Positions 51,573 through 62,732 of a stretch of DNA of 64,000 bases are shown here, one piece after another. This DNA is from Klebsormidium nitens. Lineage: Eukaryota > Plantae > Klebsormidiophyceae. A program made the position numbers and the translations under genes. The first letter of the stretch is position 1; every line of letters begins with the position of its first letter. The stretch covers positions 25,778 through 89,777 of the forward strand of contig DF237296.1 in the NCBI GenBank assembly GCA_000708835.1, read 5' to 3'. The notes under the pieces are model-generated. The model was not told the DNA's origin, searched no databases, and worked only from the letters and a program-made list of their open reading frames with translations.

Positions 51573-54500
51573 ATGGAAGGACCAATCAGCGGAATGAGGT
51601 CATCTTGGCCGGCGGGACGGCCACAGGAAGCCCCAGCTACTAGCCGCTCTTTCAAGCTCAGAAAATTGCTGTTGAGATACTACCCCCCTGGAATCATTTT
51701 GGAGTATGAGGATCAAGCGGGAGCAGTTCAGCAAAGCAGCCTGGATCTGCTGAATTTGGATGCAGACACGGATGTCGAGGTAAGGAAACCCTTCTCTAAA
51801 CCCATTTTTGCTTTTGAAATGATTGAAACCTGACATCAGCGGAGAGCAAAGTGGACCTGCTGGACGTAGACACTGATGTGGAAGGTGAGGAAACCGTTTT
51901 CTTAACCAACTTATGATTCGGCAAAGAGTTGATCCTTTTCGCGAGAAAAAATCAACTGCACAGCAGACTAACCTGCTGATCTTGCATATAGACTCGGATG
52001 CTGAGGTGAGGAAACCCTTTCCTTAACAATTGAAGCCTTTAAGTGACTGCTGATCTTGGGGACGAAACTTGGCAGGGAACCTTTCCTCAAAGCTGAAGTT
52101 CACTATAACCTTGACTGGTTACCCTGTGGTTACTCCAATCCAGTACTTCCACAGGATGTGGGCGCCAATAGAGTAAGTGCATGTGAATTTACACTCGGGC
52201 GCGAAATGGCTTTCCATTTCTCCTTTTTAGAGCACCTATATCGGAAGAGCATTTGATCAGCATGCTGCATGCACATGAAACGGTTTGGCAAGACAACTGG
52301 TTGGGTTTCCAAGGAACTTGTGTACCTCTTGGCTATGTTAGGACCCCCCTCATAGCACCTGCTATTCTGCAAAGGCAGAGCTTCAGCTTGTTACCTAGCA
52401 GTCCTTTTGATTGAACGCAGGAGCGCCTGTTCAGCACGGGAAAGTTTGAAAACAACGCTCAAGATTGGCGGGGCATCTGTATCTTAGAACCAAGGCATGC
52501 TGCGGGCAGGCAATGGATGCACCCCCAAACCATCTGAAATTTACGACAGCTGCCATTCTGGACTTTTCAGACCCTTAAACCATCATCTGATCAATTCCTG
52601 AGGCAATGCAGCGTGGAGGGCCTTCTTCCCACTATTGGCATGATAATGTTCCTTTCTGAGAAGATTAGATATCATATCAATCAGCCTGGGTGCTTTTGGC
52701 AGGCGGTGTGCAGCGAGATCATCGCGCAGGAGGGCCTGGTCGGCGAGAGCCGGCGCGGCACGCTGCGCAAGATGGTCGAGAAGCTGCAGAAGAAGATGCG
52801 CACGGACGCAGGGGCGCACCAGGAGTTCCGGACGCACAAGGTCAGCAGAGGCGCAACCGCTGACGTCATCGCCTTCACTTTGTTTTTCTAGCTGCTACTT
52901 CAGGTTATCTTTGGGCTTAGGGTTTGTTTGGACTTTTGCGAGCCCTGACGGGGTCGAGAAGCTGCAGAAAAAGATGCCCGCGGACGCAGAAGCCCACATC
53001 GGACGCACAAGGTCAGCGGATGCGCGGCCACCTGACGTCATCATGTCCACTTTCTTCTTTCCGGGCGGTGCGTGTTGTTTTTAGAACCCGCGTTTCTGTC
53101 AAAACTTTTGAGAACCACAAAGATGGTCCAGAAGCTGCAGAAGAAGGTGTGCAGGGACTGGGGCCGCACCCGGAGTTTGGGACGCACAAGATTTCCTGTG
53201 GGGCCACCGCTGACGTCATCGGTTTCGCTTTGATTTATCAGCTTCTGGATTTTGTTATCTTTGGATTTTCTTCGGGTCGGTCACGAGCCCTGAACACGCT
53301 TGAGAAGCTGCAGAAGAAGATGCGCTCGGACGCAGGGGCGCACCAGGAGTTCCGAACGCATAAGGTCAGCAGATGCGTGCCGCTGACATCATTGCGTTCA
53401 GTCTTTTTGACCAATGTGGTCGAGGGTATCTCGCTGGACTCTGGGGTTCCGGACAGAAATGTCGTGAGCCCTGAAGGTGGTCAATAGGCCGCAGAAGAAA
53501 ATGCGCGCAAGGAGGGTCGGACCGCTGTCAGCAGGAGTAACAACTGCTGACGTCATCGTGTCCTCTTCAACCAATGCGTTTGAGTTCGTTGTTAGACTCT
53601 GGTTCCGTTCAGCACTCTTGGGAGCCCAAATGGTGGTCAAGAAAGTCTTGCAATGTGGATGCTTGCGGCCACAAGGGCGCAAGAGCTGACCAGTATTCAC
53701 AAGTATGACCGGGAAATGAGAAGGATTGAGTCCGTCAAGGCTGACGTCATCATTCATATCCTACCAAGCACCGTCGTGTACTCGGGAGGGTGGTTGAAAG
53801 TATGCAGAAGACGATGCATGCTGTCGTGGGGTGAAGCAGGAACTCCATGGCTCAGGGAGAAGAAGGAGAAAGCTTTTGACAAGCATCACTTCCTCGTCAT
53901 TCTGGATTCTAGGGGTTCCTGGTCTCTATGCATCGGCTTTTCGGCAAGCAGGTTGGGGTTCTCAAGATGCCATGTGAACCCTTCTGGATGTTCTCCAAGC
54001 CCGGGTCTTGGAAGGTCGCATCTAGTGCTTGCAAGATCCCGAGAGAGCGCTTGACGTTTGATCCTTCACTAGACGCTGTCTGTTTCTATACCCACATTCA
54101 GGTTAGCGCCTCCACGATACCCATGAAAAGACTTCTGAAGCTCAGCTTCCTCTTGAAGCTCCTCGAACAATCAGCCTTTCTCTTTAAGGTCCTCAGAATA
54201 GTCAATTAAAAGTCCTCAAGTCAACCTTTTCTTAGATTTACCCTTTCTTGCAGAGGTCTTCAGATTAACCCTTCTCCATGACAGGTGTTGAAAGCCCACA
54301 TGCTGCCGTTAACCAACTGTGCCTTCAATAAGTCGGGGGACCGCTTCATTACTGGCAGCTATGACCGCACCTGCAAGGTAAGGCTTTCTGAATCCGAAGC
54401 ATCCCACTCCTCCACTTTCTGCCTCTGTCTAGTTGCTTCTGCTGGGTCTGCACATGCACCTTTGTCTCCGCTCCGCCGTTTTGCATACCGGGATATTTTT

Positions 54501-57500
54501 TGGTGTGAGACTCTTTGACACTGCTTTCAGCAACACGAAGGATTAAGATTCGACACCGGGTGGAGTGCTTTACAGAAGACTATTTTTTAGCCGGTGCCTC
54601 TGTGCTGTCGAAAAGAACGTAGCCCGCCTTCAAGCACCCCACTGTCACTTGAAACCCCAGTTGTCTCTTTGACCGCACATTGGCATTTGTTCCAGCTTTG
54701 CTGGATGTAACGTCTGGTTGAAGAACCCCGGATTTCTTGCTGAAGCATCCACGATCCTTGCTCCTGTTGAACGATCCACGGTTTTCACTCTTATGGCATG
54801 GAAGCGGAAAAGTAGACGTTGAGTGTTGAGATAAATGAGAAGACCTTGACGACGTCACCGCTTCTTTGACGGCCGACCATACGCTATGCGCCTCTGCAGG
54901 TCTGGGACACGTACTCTGGGGCTGAGATCCACTCGTTGGAGGGGCATAAGAACGTGGTGTACGCCATAGCGTATAACAACCCGTTCGGCGACAAGATCGT
55001 TACGGGGTCCTTTGACAAGACCTGCAAGCTATGGCACGCAGAAACGGGGGAACTGGTGAGGGCCTCTTGACATCGTCTACAGTGTCCTTCGAAGTTATGT
55101 CCTCTGCGGTTAGACCTGATTTCAGTGCTTCCATTTTCAACGATAAAAAGAACGGCGTCCCGCTCAGTTTGGCGCTAGTCCCCTTGGCTCTCAGTAGCGT
55201 AAGTCACAAACTTTTCTGTCGTTGGGCGCTCGTATCTGCCCACGTAGATCGCTTATCACTTCTGTAGCAAGATCCAATCAGTGACACAAAAAATCTGGGA
55301 TCCCGGTTGCTAATATAAACGTCGCCAAAGACATCCTCATTTCCGGGACCTTCGCTTTGCTGCCTCTTTCTTTCGTTTGCTAGACCCCTCCTCGCACTTT
55401 TAAGTAGCTTTCCGCTTGACGAGTTCTGCCCAGCTGCTGTTTAACCGTCTTCTTTTCCGCATCCAAATCGATTTTCACGTCGGTAGATCTCTCGAGCCCC
55501 CAGCGTACAGCCAATTTCTCACACTCCAGGATCTGAATGCCCAGACGATCGCCAGACTTCTCCTCAAGACAGAAACCCAGATTGAGCTAATAGGTTCTGA
55601 CGAAGAGGACCCGAGAGGAGGGGGGTTTGAAGTTAGCAGGAGTATCCGCCGGTGCGGACTGTATTCCGCTCTTCCAGTCCGCTGCAGCAGATCTTACAAA
55701 TACGAAAAGCTTGGATAGCGTCATCTTCCGCGCAGGTACACGCGTACGCTTCAAGACCACCGGACAGAGATCGCATGCCTCTCCTTTAACTGCAATCAAC
55801 GATTTCTTCATCCGCAGCTTTAAAACGATTCCGCTGTTCCGGCCGCTACAACCGGATCCAAGAAATATGAAACTCTTCTCCCCTCGCAGTTGCACACGCT
55901 ACGAGGCCACCAAACGGAGATCGTGTGCCTTTCCTTCAACCCGCAATCAACAGTCATCGCGGCCGGGTCGATGGATAGCACCGCGAAACTGTGGGACGTC
56001 GAAACGGGAACCGAATTGTGTTCGTTATGGGGCCACAATGCGGAGATTGTCAGCCTCAGTTTCAATACCGAGGGCGGGTTAGCCGTAACCGGCTCCTTTG
56101 ACCACACGGCCAAGATCTGGGACGCCAAGAGCGGGCGGTGTATACACACTCTGGCGGGGCATCGAGCTGAGGTGGGTTAGTCGAACCCGGTTATCTTAAC
56201 GAAGCTATCGCTTTTCACAGGTTTGGGTGATCATACCCGCTGGCTGGCACCTTGTCGAGGTGGGTTAGGGCCTTGACCGGCTGCACAGGGTTAGCCCTTA
56301 AGCTAGCCTTCGAGTTGGAGTTTGTAGGGTACTCTACAGACTGGCGGCGGACCTAAGGGTGGGTCATCTGAATGGAGAAGGTTTAGATGGAGCCCGCTGA
56401 ACATTACGGGTTTCCGCTAACCCGAAAATCATCATTTATATATGAGATTCTGTTGATCCTCTCAAACCTACTACGCGATCGGGCGGCGTCATGTGTTGAA
56501 AAGCCTCACTGATTCCTCTTCCGTTGTTCCGCAGGTTTCGGCGACCCAGTTCGACTTCGTGGGCGGAATCGTGTTGAGCGGATCAATAGACAGGACGTGC
56601 CGGTTATGGGACGTAGGTTCGGGGCGCTGCATCCAGGTCAAGCAGGTAACCAAGCTTTCTCCTTAAGCATCTCAACTTTGGGTTCCATCCGCAGACCAAT
56701 TTTGCCAACACGGTTTGAGGATCTCAACCCAAGGTTGATTTGGAAGGGGGGCTCGGGCTGCTGCATCCAGGTTTTCCTAGACCATCATCTGAGAACCTGA
56801 GTCGAACTCACAGCCTCGTTCTTGACCGGGATTTAAAAGGACCACGCGCGCACAGTCGCAACTAGTTTACTGACTACTCGTTTTGAGGTCTATACTGGAA
56901 AGTGTATCAGAACTTTAGGGCTCTCACAGATTGAGCAGGAGGAGGGCGCAGACTCCCGGCTGAAATAGGAACTTACAGGTCACGAAGGAGAGGGTTGCGG
57001 TATGTTTTCCACTTCTAGCTCTTCTCGAAGGCTGAGTCACGAGGACTTGATTCCGCAACAAGTTCGCGAAACAAGAAGACGCCCAGTGTAGGCCGTAACT
57101 ACTGTGATATCCATTTCTAACTCTGTTTTCAGGGTCACGAAGACGAGGTTTTGGACGTTGCTTTCGACACCACGGGCAACAAGTTCGTGTCCGCGAGCGC
57201 CGACGCCACCGCGCGCATTTACAGCACGGCCTCCGGGGAGTGTCTGCACGAACTGGGGGGGCACGAGCTCGAGGTGTCCAAAGTGGCGTTCAACCCCCCC
57301 GGAACGAAAGTGATCACCGCCAGCAGCGACAAGACGTGCCGGCTGTGGGACGCGCGCACCGGCGAGTGTTTACAGGTGGGTGTGAACGGGCTCCGTTCTT
57401 CTGGTTTGAAACGCGCATGGGTGAGTGTTTGCAGGTGTGTGTGAACTTGCTCCGTCATTTGATAAGAAACGGCTTCCTTCTTGCTTTAGAATAGCTCCCG

Positions 57501-58447
57501 CTCTGAGTGTCTTTTCGCTTGGGGGAGCGGGGAGTGTTTACAGATGGGTGTGAAAGAACTCGTCCTCCGGTGTGAAATGGCTTCCGGATTGTTGTGTGAA
57601 GGGCCCGGCCCCTCTGCAAACGTGTCAGATTTCGTGTGGCGGATTGGGGGAGTGCTCATAGGTGGGTGCGAAAAGGCTCGATCCGGTCAGTGTGAAACGG
57701 CGTCTCTCCAGTAAACCTGGTTAAGCTGTTCTGTCAGACTAATATTCCGTCCTTTTGGGGGGCTGATCGCATCATGTGACTACAATGGAATTCGCCGAGA
57801 TCGTTTGGTTGTTGGTGGCGGCAGTAATGTTGGGAAAATCTGCTCTTCGACGTTTTTTTCCAATCAAACATGGGCGAGAATATCAGTTCTCTGGCGGAGG
57901 CCTCTCAAGCCAGGCGCTTTCTCATTATAAGATCCTGGTCGTAGGCCACGCTGCCACGTGTCGGCCTGATCTCTATCCGAGAAAGTTTTGCTTGAGCCTC
58001 CGAAGCTCTAAACAAAGCTGTGTATAGGCTTGAGAAGAGAACGGCTGTAGAAGGCTGTACGGAGGGGTAAAGCCGTTGAAGTTTGATAGTCGGGAACGCG
58101 GTCAGACCATTGGCAGATTCCATGCAGACTGCCCTGACCCGCAACCCGTCTCTGGCCCACATATTTTCAGAAGGGCTTGCCGACAGGATTTCACTTCTAG
58201 GATTACAGCTTCTTCAAGCCTAGTTGGACGGGCAAGTTGAACGTTACACTCAACCTCCAAAGTCTACACGGTCAAAAGCTCACGCGGTCAGAGCTCGCCC
58301 GGATCCGCTATGATCAATCTGCCCTCTTTCGTCCCGCAGGTTTTGGAAGGGCACACGGACGAGATCTTCAGCTGCGCGTTCAACTACGAGGGCGACTTTA
58401 TCATCACCGGGTCAAAGGACAACACGTGTCGCATCTGGAGGGCGTGA
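51573..58447 (+). CDS. DAW1: Dynein assembly factor with WD40 repeats (ODA16/WDR69), 8 exons, ~445 aa
   Basis: Exons 51573-51779, 52703-52840, 54285-54377, 54900-55055, 55890-56171, 56535-56645, 57133-57375 and 58340-58447 are all phase 0 GT-AG. The diagnostic N-terminus [18 protein letters not shown] is followed by [36 protein letters not shown] and the C-terminal [30 protein letters not shown]. Confidence 0.96.
52841..53760 (+). repeat. Four to five degenerate tandem copies of the DAW1 exon 2 donor junction
   Basis: The unit gagaagctgcagaagaagatg...gacgcacaag|gtcagc...ctgacgtcatc recurs at ~52955, 53118, 53303, 53490 and (decayed) ~53660, with a period of ~170-190 bp. Confidence 0.9.
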
Positions 58448-60034
58448 CACGTGTCGCATTTACCGAAAGGCTTCATGGGAGTCGACTTGACGTACACGTA
58501 CAATTTCAGTTCCCCAGTTCTAGTTCCTAACAAAGAGTCAGGGTTGCGACCGAGTCAGAAACGGGCACGGTTAGTAAACGGGTTAGTGGGCTGTCCTGCT
58601 TGGACAAAGGTGATGCGAGGGTGAGGTTATCTACACCTAGGGGCGGGCTGCATGCGCATTGCGTGCGTTCCGCTGTGGTGGGGGCAATTGGTGTGTTAGC
58701 TTTGAAGCGAAACGGAATCCACCGGGCTAGTCTCGTCGTTGTGCTAGGCACAAGGAACTTAGTGGCAGGGTTTCAATTGCTCGTCGGTAGCTGAAATAAG
58801 CCGAGATGTCGACTGGCAAGCGGCCCGAACCAAAGGACAGCATTAAGAACAGCGAAGCTCGCGCACGTATTTTCGACGAGCAGAAACATAAGGATGACTT
58901 TACTGAGCAAGGGGGCGGATGATTTATATACCGGGGTACAAGTTGAGCTTGTACATATGCATCTTGGCCTGTACAAAGTGAAGCGGCGGTTCTAGGAAGT
59001 ACAATATGCACGCATAATCACCGTACTAATCTGACTGATCTTCAATGATCGGTCTGGCCTTTTCACGCTTGGAATTCTTCCCAATGTGTTTTAACTTTTG
59101 TTAGACGTTGCTCAGACTCGGAGGCTAGCGTTGATTCACTTACGACTCGATGGCAGCGCGAAGTAGCTCAATTCAGGCTGAGAGTTTGCCATGCATACAC
59201 AAGCCTTTGCAAGTACAGCAGTCGGAACGGACCTATGAACTTGAGTGAAAGCATTCGACACCGGCCTTGCAGTTCTTCATGTTTTTAACGCACTACTAAT
59301 TTCAAGTTTTCTAGCTTATCGAAGGGTGTTTTGATAGCTGTATACTTGTTTTAAGTTTGTATAAGTGTAAAATTGAGCAGGCAATATATATTTGCGTGAT
59401 ATCGACAAAGATTGGATGTGAAGTTGAATGTTTTCATCGTTGTATTTAGATGTTAGTCATCAAGGATATGGGTGAGTGAGACAACTGAGTATGAATTAGA
59501 CATATAAGTATGGATGTGTAAGTATGTGTAAAAGATCGTTTGTTCCTTTCCAAGCGCATTGATAGCTGATTGATGAGTGGCACTGTTTGAAATTATGTCA
59601 AGAGATGTGTTATACGGAGCAATAAGAAGTGTTGTGATTGGTAAAAGTATCGGAGGTTACTGGTGATTACATCTATAAGTTGATTTATAAGGTGGTGGAA
59701 ATTATGTGCAAAATGGAAGGTGTCTTTGCGAGGGAAAGAAAGCGAGACAATTTTTGTGAGTTGAATGAGCGAGAATACTGTGTGAGTCAAAAAAGCCCTA
59801 CCAGTTTATAAATAGGTCCAGACGACAGTCAACGTGATCAATGTTTTGTTACCTACGCGTGCTTCCCTAAACTCTTGGGCAATTTGCGGTGCAATAAACA
59901 TAGTTCATCTAGAAAACGAACGTATCTACACTTCCTCTCCGTTTTGTTACAAACGAATCTGCACAAGTTTTTTACCAACCACCAAATTACCAACGTTCAT
60001 ACACCAGTCGCTACAGCGCTATCATTCCTTCCAT

Positions 60035-62516
60035 TTAATGGTGGCCGGGCATCAGCTTGTCTTCAATCTTCTGGAGCAGGCTCTTCTTCTTGGGGACGGC
60101 GGCCGTGGTTCCGGTGTGAGTTCCAGCCAACCCAGTTCCGGTGGTGTGAGTTCCGGTCATTCCAGTTCCGGTGGTGTGGTGGGCACCTGTCAGACCGGTT
60201 CCGGTGGTGTGAGTTCCGGTCAAACCAGTTCTCTTGGTCGTCTTCTCATCGTCAGATGAGCTGTAACCGCTGCTGGAGCTAGACCCACCCCGGGCAAGCT
60301 TACCAGCTCCAAGACCGGTTCCGGCCGCAATTCCGGTCCCGGTGGCGGTGCTGGTGTGTGCGCCCAAATCCTTGTTCAGCACGTTGGGGTGGTGGCCGAG
60401 CTTCTCCCCGTGGAGACCGGTGGGCAAGCCCTTGCCAGCGTGGTGGAACTCGTTGACGGGATTCTCGCAGTAGCTGCGAAAGCCAAAAAAAGGTCGTCAG
60501 TAACGGAAGTGAAAGATTCAATAAGTCAAAGTGTCATGTAGAAGAAAGCGGTAGCCAAATTTCTCGTCCATTGTCTGTTTGTCCAATCGTCACTTGTCTG
60601 ACTGACGATTTTCTCCTGTCAGCTAAGGGTGGTTATATTTCTTATCAAAGCTATCTTGTTCACAATTCAGAATGTACATGTTCAGCCGGTAAAGAATACT
60701 GATGAAAAAATTCAGAATGTACATGTTCAGCCGGTAAAGAATACTGATGAAAAAAGTGCTGTAGATTGTCTGATACCAATACACTTGGTAAAATTTGCTG
60801 AAAGTGGGGTAGCTTGTCAGCTGGTAAGTTTTAAAGGGTGGCTGGTAACACATTTCAGACGAAATTTGGTCGAAAAGATACTTCGAGAGTTGTCAGCACG
60901 ACCGTGCAAGTATGGACACATCTTCCAATACACATCCTACTCTCCTGCTACAATTTGAGAGACGCATGCGAGCAGCATCAAAAGCTCACGAAACGTGTCA
61001 CAGAGAGTACCAACGGAGCGAAGTGGAGCTGATGTTACTCACTTGCCGGTGGGCACCTCGACCTTGCGGGTCACGGGCACCTCCTTGACGATGGGGACGG
61101 TGACAGTGGTCTCGACCTGCTCAGTGACCACGCGGGGGACAGTCTCCTTGCGTGGGACGGGCACATTGACAACAACTTTCTCAGTGTAGGGAACCTGCAC
61201 CTGCTCCTCAACAACCCTGGAAAGAAAACGAGAAAGAAGTGTCAACAACCATGACAATTGTCCTTTCACTTTACAGGCAAATTGTAAAATGATAAGTGTA
61301 TCTAACACTTCATGAACCGGAACAATTGTGCAAACTCCTGCATTCTGCTGGTAACACGTTCCATGGCTGCCACTGAAGCAATAAGTGCTTAGTTCTAAAA
61401 GTATATTCAAGAATCCTGAAACAAATGCTTAAAACAACTCGCATTTCTTCAAAGCAGATGGCAGCAGTTATTTGCAACCATTTCAACAAAAATGAACACC
61501 TCATGATGAGGAGCAACCCTGGTTAACTGTAAGGTGACCCACCTGTGCCTGGTCTCAGTGCGGGTCTTAGGGATCTCCTTGACGTGGGGAACCATGTCCA
61601 CACGCTCAACCTCCTCCATAACCACCTTGGTCTTGGGGACCAGGACAGTCTCGGTGCGCTCATCCAGGCGCTTAACATAGTCGGTCTTGGTGACGGTCTT
61701 CATCTCAGGCACCTTCTCAATGACCTGGACCCGGGTCTCGAACTCCTTAGGCTGCAGAGGGAAAAGAGGAAATGCTGTCAGACCTTCCATTCCAAGGCCC
61801 AACCCATTTCTATCTCCACCCTCAAGACAGCTCTTACAGCTAAGGCCTCTTCTACTGACATGTACATGCAGCTCAAAAGCCAACTGTCCCCAAGTGCAAA
61901 CCCAGGAGCATTTTGCTACGCGCGTTCTTAAGTGTGCTCATGTACCTTGTCAATCTTAGGGCACCAGAGTGGTAAACAGCTACAAAACCTCCTGACACCT
62001 GTGCAACTGTGCGACTCTGACAACCCTAGGCGACGACCATGAAATTAGCAGTGCCACCTCTGAGGACCGCCAGCTGGAACACTAGACTTGCAAACTATGC
62101 CACAAAGCCAAGTTTCTGGTCAAGAGCTGCCTGCCATGTTTGCTCACCAGGGTCGAGTCGTTAGGGTTGGGGCAGTACGCAGGGCCCTGTCCGGTGGTCT
62201 CGGAGCGGATCCCAGTCACACCCTGCAGTGCCTCCCGGTCATACTGCTCATCGCGCATCATCCGGCCGGCGCCGGCAGCGACACCGGTGCCCATGTGGTG
62301 CTGCCCGGTGAGCCCAGTTCCGGTCATGCCGGTGGCGCGAGTGCCAGTGAGCCCGGCAGCGGTCCCGGTGGATCCGTGCTTCATCTCCTCGCGGTCAGCA
62401 AAGTTGCCGGCAGCGCGACCGACAGCAGAGGTGGGGCCAGTGCGGTTCTCAATGGCCTCGGCGGCGCGGCCAGCGGCGCTGTTGGGAGCTCCTGCGCGGT
62501 TCTGGTTGAAAGCCAT
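60035..62516 (-). CDS. Dehydrin-like (S-, Phi-, K-segment) protein with a central Val/Pro/charged articulin-like repeat domain, 4 exons, 396 aa
   Basis: Exons 62148-62516, 61543-61751, 61043-61216 and 60035-60473 are phase-consistent GT-AG, and the ATG has A at -3. The C-terminus reads LARGGSSSSSGYSSSDDE (S-segment), then TGTGLTG(A/T)H repeats, then KKKSLLQKIEDKLMPGHH* (K-segment-like). The middle reads ...EKVVVNVPVPRKETVPRVVTEQVETTVTVPIVKEVPVTRKVEVP... Confidence 0.88.
60664..60755. repeat. Exact 45-bp tandem duplication in intron 3 of the dehydrin-like gene
   Basis: aattcagaatgtacatgttcagccggtaaagaatactgatgaaaa starts at 60664 and again at 60709. Confidence 0.92.
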
Positions 62517-62732
62517 AGTTTTCGCTTGGTGGGCTGTTTCGATACGAGTTTCTGGGGGCAAAGAGTGTACTTTTTTGAAAGTGAGCAACTCTGTTTCTGA
62601 GGATTGTTGTTGGGGCTTGCTTGTGATTGTGATGAGCAATTGCTGTGGGGCCTGCTTCTTATCATACGGAACGCAGCTTTTGCAATTGCTCAAACAGACT
62701 GGGACTTCGCGATACGCAGGCCTAGCCGCCCT

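Noticed and set aside
59834-60282. Plus-strand ORFs with SSGGV repeats
   Set aside because: Antisense of the dehydrin Phi-segment repeats. The minus strand has the splice sites and recognisable motifs.
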